Source: Squalus acanthias
Taxonomy: Eukaryota
Direction of reading: 5' to 3'
Length of the DNA stretch: 64,000 bases
Assembly (NCBI GenBank): GCA_030390025.1
Contig: CM059431.1
Span: 94,490,001 to 94,554,000, forward strand
Part shown: positions 37,228 to 49,585 of the stretch, in pieces
Layout: every line of letters starts with the position of its first letter
Position numbering within the stretch: position 1 is the first letter of the stretch
Notes under the pieces: generated by a model
What the model was told of the DNA's origin: nothing
Seen by the model: the letters and a program-made list of their open reading frames with translations, nothing else
Databases searched by the model: none
Made by a program: the position numbers and the translations under genes

Positions 37228-39497
37228 CTGCTATTGCCATTTACATCTCCTCTAGACCCATTTTTTGTTTCTTTACTTGTCCCATTGCCATCTCCTTTTG
37301 CCTTGCACCATCATCCCTTTTGTCATCTAATCTCTCCTGCCTTCCACCCTAACAGACCTTCCCTTTTGTTCTATCCTCCTCTCCCCCATTCCCTATCTCT
37401 GTACTTGTTTAAAATCTGTTACATGTCTAACATTTTCCAGTTCTGACGAAAGGTCGTCAATCTGAAATATTAACTCTGTTTCTCTCTCCATGGATGCTGC
37501 CTGGCCTGCTGAGTATTTCTAGCATTTTCTGTTTTTATTTCAAATTTCCAGCCTCCGCAGTAGTTTGCTTTTGTATTAGTGTTTAATTCACTGTCTCTTC
37601 TCTTCCAGGAATGCCGACCTTGAAGATGTTCTGCTGTTCTCTCCGACGGGATTTCCATTTGTCTCTTTTATCTTGTTCACCTTCTATACTTCCTGTTTCC
37701 CTTCTCATGTTTGATCAGGTATATACCAGAACTCGCTTTCACAGCCACATCTCTTTTCTCAGCAACTGTCTCTGGTTCCAACTTTTTCCATGTGGATTCC
37801 AACTGAAATTCCACCATTCATGTTTCGGATCCACCCATGATTACAGATATCTCCAAGATATTCAGCGTTCCTCGTACCACTGCTCTCGCCGCATCCTGAG
37901 ATCCACGCTCAATGCCATGCAGCACCTCATGCAGGCTCTCGACCTCTCTCTTCAACAGCACTAACTCACTCTATTTCAAAGCTTTCCTAGTTTCCAGCTC
38001 CATTTTATCGTTCACCTCATCCGGCGCTTTAACAAAAAACTTTTTTTTCTAACTTTCAGGTGTCAATGATCGCAAGCTTCAACAACTCTTGGATACCAAC
38101 ACCCCTCTGGAACCTTCTTCTTCTTCACTTTCCTCTAAACCAATCCCTCCTTCCAATCTCACCCTTTGCCATGTTTTCACTATCCCCTCTAACCTTTCCC
38201 CTATGACACCGAACGCTCAGTCCTCAGCAAAGGCCTCAGCTTGATTCCCTTATGCCCCCACTTCAATGAATTTCAAGCTCGGCACGACGCTGAGCTCTTC
38301 TTCCATCGCCTTCGCCTCCACACCCATTTCTTTAGCCAGGGGTCTTTCCCTTTCTCCCATCTTCGGAATTCTTGCTCCACCTGGACCCCTCCATTTGGCC
38401 TCTTACCCTCTCTAAATCTTTTCACTGGTAACTGCCATCGGTGACATCGGCTGTCTCAATTTTTCTACTCCGCTCACTCACTCTAACCTACCTCCTTCTC
38501 AACTTGTAGCACTCTGTTCTCTCAGGTCCAACCCTAACATTGTCATTAAACCTGCTGACAAGGGTGGCGCTGTTGTTGTTTGGCGAACCGACCTTTACCT
38601 CGCAGAGGCTGAACACTAATTCTCTGACACCTCCTCCTACCTCCCCCTATTCCCGCTGGAGCATGACCCCTTCCACCAAAAAGCAAGCCATTGTTTCCCA
38701 GACTGTCACTGACCTCATCTCCTCTAGAGAACTTCCCTCCATGGTCACCAACCTCATGGTCCCCCAACCCCATATAGCTTGCTTCTACCTCCTTCCCAAG
38801 ATCCACAAACAGGATTGCCCTGTTAGTCCCATCATTTCAGCCTGTTCTTGCCCCACAGAACTGATTTCTTGCTCCACGGAACTGATTTCTTCCAACCTTG
38901 ACAATTTTTTCTCCCCTTGTCCAGTCTCTACCCACCTACATCCTCGATGCTTCCAACGCTCTCTGTCACTTTAACAGTTTCCAGTTTCCTGGCCCTAACC
39001 ATCTCCTTTCACTATGGACATCCAGCCTCTCTACACCTCCATCGCTCACCAGGACCGCCTGAGGACGCTCCACTTCTTCCTTGAACAGAGGTCCAACCAG
39101 TTCCCATCCACCACCACCCTCCTCCGCCTGGCTGAACTTGTTCTTACATTGAACAACTTCTCCTTTGACTCCACTCACTTCCTCCAAATTAAAGGTGTTG
39201 CTATGGGAACCCATATGGGTCCTAGCTCTGCCTGCCTTTTCATGGGATATGTGAAACAATCTTTGTTCCAGTCCTATTTAGGTCCCCTCCCTCACCTCTT
39301 TTTCTAGTACATTGATGACTGTATCGATGCTGTTTCCTGCTCTCATCCTGAACTGGAAAATTTGATCAACTTTGCTTCCAATTTCCACCCTTCCCTCACC
39401 ATCACATGGTCCATTTTCCCTTCCTCGACTTCTCTATCTCCATTTCTGGTGATAGGCTATCGACTAATATCTACTAAAAGCCCACTGACTCCCACAG
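37228..39497 (+). mobile_element. Penelope-like retroelement: pLTR + degenerate RT ORF, 3'-truncated before the GIY-YIG domain
   Basis: IVIKPADKGGAVV, FYLLPKIHK, MDIQPLYTSI, LTLNNFSF..QIKGVAMGTHMGP and YIDD, all typical PLE RT motifs. Confidence 0.9.
37439..37475 (+). ncRNA. Minimal hammerhead ribozyme motif (degenerate) in the PLE pLTR
   Basis: AGUU-CUGACGA-AAGGUC-GUC-AAUCU-GAAA-UA-UU-AACU. Confidence 0.6.
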
Positions 39498-39652
39498 CTA
39501 ATACAAAAGCAAAATACCTCGGATGCTGGAAATCTGAAATAAAAACAGAAAATGTTGGAAATACTCAGCAGGTCAGGCAGCATCTGTGGAGAAGAAACAC
39601 AGTTAACATTTCAGGTTGTTTTCCTTTCATCAGAACTGGAAAAGTTAGAGAT
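39498..39652 (-). mobile_element. Inverted PLE pLTR (continues at 45071-45152) with a third hammerhead motif at 39601-39637
   Basis: Reverse complement of 37420-37580; minus strand AGUU-CUGAUGA-AAGG..CCU-GAAA-UG-UU-AACU. Confidence 0.8.
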
Positions 39653-39658
39653 GTGCAG

Positions 39659-39875
39659 ATTGGGAGCAGCAGCGAGAGCAGACCGACTTGTGAGGGAACA
39701 GGCGAAGGAGGAGCGAGGAAATAAAGCCCGAGGCTCGAGGCCCAGGCCGAGCTATTGGGAGCAGCAGCGAGAGCGGACCAACCTGTGAGGGAACAGGCGA
39801 AGGAGGAGCGAGGAAATAAAGCCTGAGACTCGAGGCCCAGGCCGAGCTATTGGGAGCAGCAGCGAGAGCGGACCA
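39659..39875 (+). repeat. 95-bp tandem monomers (about 2.3 copies) at the CR1 5' end
   Basis: ATTGGGAGCAGCAGCGAGAGC recurs at 39659, 39754 and 39849. Confidence 0.9.
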
Positions 39876-42406
39876 AAACAAGCAACATTCGAAAGTGATG
39901 TCAGAGATTAAAAGTGACGTCAGCACAAGGGAAGGAGCTGATTGGTAAGTAGGACCTGGTGAGTATTTCTACAGTCCAGTCGTTAAAGTAAAAGTAAGGT
40001 CTCTAGTTTAGAGTAAGTAGTGTTTAAAGTGAAGTAAGGTCCCTAGTGTATTTAATATTCTTTAATTTAAAGGAAGTAAAGGGACTAAATTAAGGGTAGG
40101 ACATGGCAAGGCAGCTCGGCAGCGTGGAGTGCTCCTCCTGTGCTATGTGGGGAGTCAGGGACACTTTCGGTGTCCAGGGCGAACACGTGTGCAGGATGTG
40201 TCTCCAGCTGTAGCTACTCGAAATCCGCGTTTCGGAGCTGGAGCTGCAGCTGGAGTTACTGTGGAGCATCCGCGAGGCTGAGATCTTCATGGATAGCATG
40301 TTTAATGAGGTGGTCACTCCGCAGGTAAAGAGTGCACAGGCAGATAGGGAATGGGTGACCGCCAGACAGAGTAAAAGAACTAGGAAGGTAGTGCAGGAGT
40401 CCCCTGGGTCCATCTCCCTCTCCAACAGATTTTCCGTTTTGGATACTGCTGGGAGAGATGGTTTCTCAGGGGAATGCATCAAGAGCCAAGTCCGTGGCAC
40501 TACGAGTGTCTCAGCTGCACAGGAGGGGAGGAAAAAGAGTGGGAGAGCAATAGTGATAGGGGATTATATCGTAAGGGGAACAGATAGACGTCTCTGTGGC
40601 CGCAGACGTGACTCCAGAATGGTATGTTGCCTCCCTGGTGCCAGGGTCAAGGATGTCACTGAGTGGCTGCAGAACATTCTGAAGGGGGAGGGTGAACAGC
40701 CAGAGGTCATGGTCCATATCGGTACCAACGACATAGTTAGAAAGAGGGACGAAGTCCTGCAAGCAGAATATAGGGAGCTAGGGAATAAATTAAAAAGTAG
40801 GACCTCAAAGGTAGTAATCGCAGGATTACTCCCAGTGCCACGTGCTAGCGAGAGCAGAAATAGAAGAATAGACCAGAAGAATGCATGGCTGGAGAGATGG
40901 TGTAGGAGGGAGGGATTTAAATTCCTGAGGCATTGGGACGATTCTGGGGAAGGTGGGACTTTTACAAGCTGGACAGGTTACACCTCGGCAGAAATGGGAC
41001 CAACATCCTCGCAGGGGGGCTTGCTAGTGCTGTTGGGAAGGATTTAAACTAGTTTTTCAGGGAGCTGGGAACCTAAGTGTGGGCCCAGAATGGAGAGAAA
41101 CAAAGCTGGAAGTGCAAGTTAGAAAAGTAGTCAGCAAAACTAGTAGGGAGCAGAAATAAAGGCCAACAGTAAAGAGGGTCAAAGTGCAGAAAAATATTAA
41201 ACAGGCAAAGTTGAAGGCACTTTATCTAAATGCACATAGCATTCGCAACAAGGTGGATGAAATAATGGCACTAATAGAAGTAAATGGGTATGATTTAATT
41301 GCCATTACAGAGATATTGGTGCAGGGTAACCAAAGCTGGGAACTGAATGTTCCAGGGTACTCAACATTTAGGAAGGACAGACAAAAAGGAAAAGGAGGTG
41401 GCATAGCGCTGTTAATAAGGGATGAGATCGGTATGGTAGTGATAAAAGATCTTGGCTTGGCAGATCGTGATGTAGAACTGGAATCAGTTTGGGTGGAGCT
41501 AAGATACAGCAAAGGACAGGAAACATTGGTGGGAGTTGTGTATAGGCCACCAAACAGTAATGGTAATGTAGGGCACAGTATCAATCAAGAGATTAAAAGT
41601 GCATGTAACAAGGGCAATACGGTAATCATGGGGGACTTTATCTACATATTGACTGGGCAAATCAAATCAAAATGGTGTGGAGGACGAATTCTTGGAATGC
41701 ATGCGAGATGATTTCCTGGATAAGTATGTGGAGGAACCAACCAGGGAACAGGCTATTCTGGATCTAGTACTGTGTAATGAGAAAGGGCTAATCAATAATC
41801 TTGTGGTAAAAGGGCCTTTAGGGACAAGTGACCATAATATGATTGAATTTTACATTAAGTTTGAGAGTGATGTTGTCCAATCTGAAACTAAGGTCTTCAA
41901 TCTAAACAGAGGAAACTACAAGGGTATGAGGGACAAGTTGGCCATGGTAGATTGGGAGACTACACTAAAAGGTATGAAGGTGGATATACAATGGCTAACA
42001 TTCAAGGAAATAATGCATAATTTGCAACAAACATATATTCCTCTAGGGCATAAAAACCCAAAAGGAAAAGTGATCCAACCATGGCTAACAAAAGAAATTA
42101 AAGCTAGTATTAAGTCAAAGGAGGAAGCTTATAAAGTTGCCAGAAAAAGCAGTCAGCCTGAGGATTGGGATCTTTTTAGAAATCAGCAAAGGGGGACCAA
42201 GAAATTGATAAAGAAAGGGAAAATCGAATATGAGCACAAACTAGCGAAAAATATGAAAACAGATTCTAAAAGCTTCTATAGGTATGTGAAAAGGAAAAGA
42301 CTGGCAAAGGTAAATGTAGGTCCTTTACAGTCAGAGACGGGAGAATTTATAATGGGGAATGAGGAAATGGCTGAGAAATTAAATAAATACTTTGTTTCTG
42401 TCTTCA

Positions 42407-43366
42407 CATAAGAACATAAGAACATAAGAAATAGGAGCAGGAGTAGGCCAATCGGCCCCTCGAGCCTGCTCCGCCATTCAACAAGATCATGGCTGATCTG
42501 ATCCTAACCTCAAATCTAAAGAACACAAGAAGTAGGAGCAGGACTCGGCCACTCAGCCCCTGGGCCCGCTCCGCCACCCACAGGGCCCTGACCGATCCGA
42601 ACTCAGCCTCATGTCCAATTTCCTGCCCGCTCACCGTAACCCCTAATTCCCTTTACTTCTAGGAAACTGTCTATTTCTGTTTTAAATTTATTTAATGATG
42701 TAACTTCCACAGCTTCCTGGGGCAGCAAATTCCACAGACCTACTACCCTCTGAGTGAAGAAGTTTCTCCTCATCTCAGTTTTGAAAGAGCAGCCCCTTAT
42801 TCTAAGATTATGCCCCCTAGTTCTAGTTTCACCCATCCTTGGGAACATCCTTACCGCATCCACCCGATCAAGCCCCTTCACAATCTTATATGTTTCAATA
42901 AGATCGCCTCTCATTCTTCTGAACTCCAATGAGTAGAGTCCCAATCTACTCAACCTCTCCTCATATGTCCACCCCCTCATCCCCGGGATTAACCGAGTGA
43001 ACCTTCTTTGTACTGCCTCGAGAGCAAGTATGTCTTTTCTTAAGTATGGACACCAAAACTGTATGCAGTATTCCAGGTGCGGTCTCACCAATACCTTATA
43101 TAACTGCAGCAATACCTCCCTGTTTTTATAATCTATCCCCCTAGCAATAAAAGCCAACATTCCGTTGGCCTTCTTGATCACCTGCTGCACCTGCATACTA
43201 ACTTTTTGATTTTCTTGCACTAGGACCCCCAGATCCCTTTGTACTGCAGTACTTTCCAGTTTCTCGCCATTAAGATAATAACTTGCTCTCTGATTTTTCC
43301 TGCCAAAGTGCATAACCTCACATTTTCCAATATTGTATTGCATCTGCCAAATCTCCGCACACTCAC
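42407..43366 (-). mobile_element. Young 5'-truncated CR1 nested in the opposite orientation inside the full-length CR1
   Basis: Uninterrupted RT C-terminal frame (within ORF 42609..43577), (TTCTTATG)3 tail, apparent TCAC duplication; host reads VSVFT|EEDT across it. Confidence 0.92.
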
Positions 43367-45152
43367 TCACGGAGGAAGACACAAAAAACCTCCAAGAAAT
43401 ACGAGAAAACCAAAGGTGTGACGAGAATGAGGAACTTAAAGAAATTATTATTAGTAAAAAAATGGTACTAGCAATATTAATGGGGCTAAAAGTCGACAAA
43501 TCCCAAGGACCGGATGACCTACATCCTAGGGTTTTGAAAGAGGTGGCCATTGGAATAGTGGACGCATTGGTTTTCATCTTCCAAAATTCTATAGATTCTG
43601 GAACGGTTCCTGCAGATTGGAGGATAGCAAATGTAACCCCGCTATTGAAGAAAGGAGGGAGAGAGAAAATGGGGAACTATAGACCTGTTAGCCTCACATC
43701 AGTATTGGGAAAATGCTGGAATCTATTATAAAGGATGCAATAACTGGGCACTTAGAAATTAATAGTAAGAATGGGCAGAGTCAACATGGATTTATGAAAG
43801 GGAAATCCTGTTTGACAAACCTATTGGAGTTCTTTGAGGATGTAACTAGTGGAGTAGACAAAGGGGAACCGGTAGATGTGGTATATCTGGATTTTCAGAA
43901 GGCCTTCGATAAGGTCCCACACAAGAGGTTGGTGAACAAAATTAGGGCACATGGAATTGGGGGTAATATACTTGCATGGATTGAGAATTGGTTAACAGAC
44001 AGAAAACAAAGAGTAGGGATAAACGGGTCTTTTTCAGGATGGCAGGCTGTGACTAGTAGGGTACTGCAAGGATCAGTATTTGGGCCCCAGCTATTCACAA
44101 TCTATATCAATGATTTGGATGTAACATTTCCAAATTTGCTGATGATACAAAGCTAGTTGGCAGTGTCAGTTGCGAAGAGGATGTGAAGAGGCTTCAAGGG
44201 GATCTCGACAGGCTCAGTGAGTGGGCGAGAACATGGCAGATGGAATATAATGTGGATAAATGTGAAGTTATCCACTTTGGTAGAAAAAACAGAAAGACAG
44301 AGTATTTCCTAAATGGTGAAAGATTGGGGAATGCAGATGCTCAAAGGGACCTGGGTGTCCTTGTACATGAGTCACTGAAAGTGAATGTACAGGTGCAGCA
44401 AGCCATCAGGAAGGCAAATGGTATGCTGGCCTTCATTACAAGAGGATTTGAATACAGGAGTAAAGAAGTCTTACTGCAATTATATAGGGCCTTGGTGAGA
44501 CCACATCTGGAGTACTGTGTACAATTTTGGTCTCCTTACCTAAGGAAGGATATACTTGCCATAGAGGGAGTGCAACGAAGATTCACGAGATTGATTCCTG
44601 GGATGGAGGGACTGTCGTATGAGAAGAGATTGAGTAAACTAGGCCTGTATTCTCTTGAATTCAGAAGAATGAGAGGGGATCTCATTGAAGCATACAAAAT
44701 TATTACAGGGCTTGATAGGATGGATGCTGGGAGAATGTTTCCCTTAGCTGGGGAGTCTAGAACCAGGGGCCACAGCCTCAAGATAAAGGGTAGGCCATTC
44801 AGGACTGAGATGAGAAGAAATTTCTTCACACAGAGGGTGGTGAATCTTTGGAATTTTCTAACCCAGAGGGCTGTGGAGGCTCAGTCATTGGGTATACTCA
44901 AAACAGAAGTCGATATATTTCTGACTAGTAAGGGCATCAAGGGATATGGCGATAGGGCCGGTGAATGGAGTTGAGGCAGAAGATCAGCCATGATCTCATT
45001 GAATGGCGGAGTAGGCTCGAAGGGCCGAATGGCCTACTCCTGCTCCTATTTCTTATGTTCTTATGTTCTTAGTACAGAGGCAGGAAAAGGGGAGGGGAGG
45101 AAAGAACAAAAGCGAAGGTCTGTGATCGGGGGGAAGGCAGGAGAGATTAAAT

Positions 45153-45428
45153 AGCCTGACCTGCTAATTATTTCCAGTATTTTCTGTTTTTATTTCAGAT
45201 TTCCAGCACCCGCAGTATTTTGATTTTGTATTAGTGTTTAATTCACTGCCACTTCTCCTCTAGGAATGTCCACCTTGAAGAAGTTCTGCTCTTCTCTCGA
45301 GCGGGATTTCTGTTTATCTCTTTTACCTTGTTCACCTTCTATGCTTTCTTTTTCCATTCTCGTGTTGGAACAGATATCTACCAAAACCCTGCTATTCCCA
45401 TTGACACCTTTTGTCATTTAATCTCTCA
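45153..45428 (+). mobile_element. PLE pLTR end and ORF start fragment
   Basis: Homologous to 37498-37730. Confidence 0.8.
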
Positions 45429-45828
45429 CAGTTGAGGCAATAGGGGAAGGAGGAGTAGGAGATCCTCCGCCCACAGTTGGTTTGTGCAGAATAGTACTAA
45501 TACTCAACGATTTTAAAATGATTTTCGCTTTATAACTTTTGTACTCTGGGACGACCCTTGCTGAAGAAGTGGGGAAATGACGGCTCGTGAGAGACACATT
45601 GCATTTCTCTGCCTTTTTCTTTTCAAGGTGTAGGAAGCAGGGAAGAAGCAGCAGAGAGAAACCATGACCCAAGGCAACAATATGAACAGCCAACAGAAAT
45701 TCACCAGCACCATCCTTCACCCTCTCACACACACTCAGCCGCCCATATCGAGTAACTCAGGTGGGCTAAAGTTAGTTTAGGTGAGAAGTAGACACTGGAT
45801 GTTACACAAGGAAGCCAGAGGAAGAGGG

Positions 45829-46190
45829 CATAGAGTCATAACGGCATAGAAGGAGGCCATTCGGCCCATCGAGTCCATGCCGGCTCTCCGTGGAGCAATT
45901 CAGTCAGTCCCATTCCCCCACTCTATTCCCGTAGCCCTGCAAGTTTATTTCCCTCAAGTGCCTATCCAGTCTCCCCTTGAAAACATTGAGTGTGTCCGCT
46001 TCCACCACTTCCGTCGGCAGCGAGTTCCAGGTCCTCACCACTCGCTGCGTAAAAAAGTTTTTCCTCACTTCCCCCCTGTATCTCTTGCCCAGAATCTTAA
46101 ATCTGTGTCCCCTAGTCCTTTTGCCATCAACTAGTGGGAACAGCTTTTCCCCATCTAGCCTATCCAAACCCGTCATAATCTTATACACCT
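45829..46190 (-). mobile_element. CR1 3' end, same subfamily as 15032-15630
   Basis: ORF 45904..46188 nearly matches the end of ORF 14939..15559. Confidence 0.9.
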
Positions 46191-47410
46191 CTAGGTCGTG
46201 GAACTGGAGAAAGATGCTCCTGAGTGGAGACTAAGGAAATGTCAATGCTAGGCTGATGAGAATTTGGACAATGACCTCAAGGATCCTGCCATGAAAACAA
46301 GGATGCTAGAAGAACATCAAACTTATATGAAGGCCCTACAAAGCATCTCTGAAAATGCATGGCAGATGCCAGGACTGGTGCACAGTCCAATGCCATTTTC
46401 TGTAGCAACATCAAAGAAGGTTTCTCAACAATGCAGAGCCTGGAGCGAGTAGTTGCTGCAGGAATCTTTGTTTATATTCCACAGAACACAGAGGCCTAGA
46501 AGCAGGTCATGAGCTCCACCTGCTGGCTTTGACCGGTGGCATTCAGACCTTGAGTTACAGACTGAAGAGAAAGAGAGAGCAATATCGACCAGATTACGAG
46601 ACACCATTTCAGAGGGTTTTGCAAGATATTCATGATAGTTTCTCCCAGGGACTAAGGGATATTATAATTCAATAAGTTCTTTTTTCACCGTATCAATAGC
46701 AACCCATATCCTGAACCCATGCCTTGTGGGAAAGCAGGAGATGGTCCCTCAGGACAATAGCACCAAAGCAGTCAGCCTAGTCCACCCAGATGCCTTCACA
46801 GGTGGAAGAAAGTAAGCAGGCCAAGGCCTTGGAGATTCCAAGCCCAGAAAAGCAGTCCAACATGGATCCATCCCTGGAATCAATGGCCTTGAGACGAGTT
46901 CTACATTCGTCCCAAGAGGCCTCAGGCCTCAACTTACACTTGGAAGAAATATTAGACTAGGACTGAGCAAAGAGTGAAAAGTCACAAAGGGGATTGCACA
47001 GTGGTAATTCTAAATGAGTTTCAGAACCTTTATATAATTGTTGTTATCAGGAATATTAGAGTCAATTTTAAACCCCCCACACACTATGAGAACAGAGCTT
47101 GTGAGGGGTTAAAATAATGGTTGACAAAAGAGATAATATAAAACTAAAGGAAAGAGCATAGAAAAATGCAAAGAATAGTGTAGATCCAGGGGGCTGGGAA
47201 GGATATAAAGAACAGCAAAGGAAGACAAAAAAGATAGTAAGAGCTGCAAAATGGAATACAAGAAGAAACTTGCGAGGGATATCAGGATTAACACAAAAAG
47301 TTTTTGCAATTATAATAGAACTAAAAGGGTAGTCATAGGTAATCAAAACAGATGTGGGTAATATTGCAAATTAAAATAAGGAAATTACAGAATTGTTGAA
47401 CAATTACTTT

Positions 47411-48245
47411 GGGCTGAATTTTGCCAATGGGGAGCTTTTGGAGGCGGGATTCCCACTTGTCGGGTTTCAGTCCCGCCTCCACCAACTTCCGGCCAAACCA
47501 CGCTATTTTCCCTTGATTGACCTTGTTAAGCCTGCCAGCAGGCTTAGCAGCCAATTAAGGGAAAGCCGGTTACAGAGAACGTCAACGTATGACGTTTCAT
47601 CTGTCAAAAATTTTTGACAGATGAATTGTCATCGTTTGACAGCTCTGTGAAGCTTTCAAACACTGACATTCTCTGTAGTTTGATGAGGTCTTGAATTCAA
47701 GACCTCATCAAACAGTTTTCTTTTGCAGGAATGAGATGGTTGCTGCATTGGAGAATGCAACGGCCATCTGTCATCTCTACCGCGGAGGTGCGAGACTCTC
47801 CGCATACACACCGACTGAAGCCTGCAGGGAGAAACAAAGATAAGTACACTTTTACTAACACTTTGCACTTACCTCAGATACTCACCTCTCCACACTTGCA
47901 CCCATCACTTACCTTCACAGCGCACTTTTACACCCCTCCGACCCCCGCAGACCCACTGCTCGCCTCGGTGACCCTGACAGGGTTTCGCAGCCTTCGGGAA
48001 GCCCGCACTTGTGTGGGCAAAATGGTGATAAGCCTATTTTCTGCCTGTTAACTAACTGTTAACAGGCAGTTAAGTAGCTGTAATCCCCTTCCCGCCTCCA
48101 AGGAGACGGGACCTGGCGCGGGACAGCTACTCGCCTCCTGGCAAGATGGCACGGAGGCGGGTTGGACACCCGCCCCCAAATTCTGCCATTTTCCCGGCAG
48201 TCCCATCTCCATACCCGCCTCCCCAGGGCTGGCAAGATCGAGCCC
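47411..48245. mobile_element. Harbinger-type non-autonomous element (835 bp)
   Basis: TIRs GGGCTGAATTTTGCCA / TGGCAAGATCGAGCCC; TSD TTT; empty site restores the CR1 frame. Confidence 0.85.
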
Positions 48246-48289
48246 TTTGTGTCAGTCTTCATAGTAGAGGAAGAGGATAACACACCTCT

Positions 48290-49585
48290 CGTGATGGAAG
48301 GTGTCGTCGACAGTGCTATCAAGCGGCATTTATTCACCAATAACCTGCTCATGGATACTCAGTTTGGGTTCCGCCAGGACAACTCAGCTCCAGACCTCAT
48401 TACTGCCTTGGTCCAAACAGGGACAAAAGAGCTGAATTCCAGAAGTGCGGTGAGAGTGACTGCCCTTGACATCAAGGCAGCATTTGACCGCGTGTGGCAT
48501 CAAGGAGCCCTAGTGAAATTGAAGTCAATGGGAATCAAGGGGAAAACTCCCCACTGACTGGAGTCATACCTAGCACAAAGGAAGATGGTTGTGGTTGTTG
48601 TAGGTTAATCATCTCAACCCCAGGACATCACTCAGGGCAGTGTCCTAGGCCCAACCATCTTCAGCTGCTTCATCAATGATCTTCACTCCATCATAAGGTC
48701 AGAAGTGGGGATATTCGCTGATGATTGCACAGTGTCCAGTTCCATTCGCATCTCCTCAGACAATGAAGCAATCCATGCCCACATGCAGCAAGACCTGGAC
48801 GACATTCAGGCTTGGGCTTATAAGTGGCAAGTAACAGTTGTGCCACACAAGTGCCAAGCAATGACTATCTCTAAGAGAGTCTAACCACTGCCTCTTGACA
48901 TTCAACATCATTACCATCGCCAAATCCGCCACCATCAACATCCTGGGGGTCACCATTGACCAGAAACTTAACTGGACCAGCCACATAAATACTGTGGCTA
49001 CAAGAGCGGGTCAGAGGTTGGGTATTCTGCGGCAGGTGTCTCACCTCCTGACTTCCCAAAGCCTTTCCACCATCTACAAGACAGAAGTCAGGAATATGAT
49101 GGAATACTCTCCACTTACCTGGATGAGTGCAGCTCCAACAACACTCAAGAAGTTGACACCATCCAGGACAAAGCAGCCCACTTGATTGGCACCCCATCCA
49201 CCACCTTAAACATTCACTCCCTCCACCACTGGCGTACCATGGCTGCAGTGTGTACCATCTACAAGATGCACTGCAGCAACTCACCAAGGCTTCTTCGACA
49301 GCACCTCCCAAAGGGTAGCAGGTGCATGGGAACACCATCACCTCCAGGTTACTCTCCAAGTCACACACCATCCTGACATGGAAATATATCGCCATTCCTT
49401 CATCATCACTGGGTCAAAATCCCAGAACTCCCTCCCTAACAGCACTGTGGGAGTACCTTCAGCACAATGACTGCAGTGGTTCAAGGTGGTGGCTCACCAC
49501 CACCTTCTCAAGGGCAATTAGGGATGGGCAATAAATGCTGGTCTTGCCAGTGACACCCACATTCACTGAACAAATTTAAAAAAAA
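48290..49585 (+). mobile_element. 5'-truncated LINE of the second CR1-clade family
   Basis: QFGFRQ, ALDIKAAFDRVWHQG, FADD, ILGVTIDQKLNW; A-rich tail. Confidence 0.88.

Larger units (their letters stand above)
39653..45070 (+). mobile_element. Full-length CR1 LINE (5'UTR monomers, ORF1 from 40103, ORF2 about 41184-44974)
   Basis: ORF1 CxxC..CxxC + esterase, APE YLNAHSIRNK/SDHN, RT motifs, (TTCTTATG)n tail. Confidence 0.95.
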
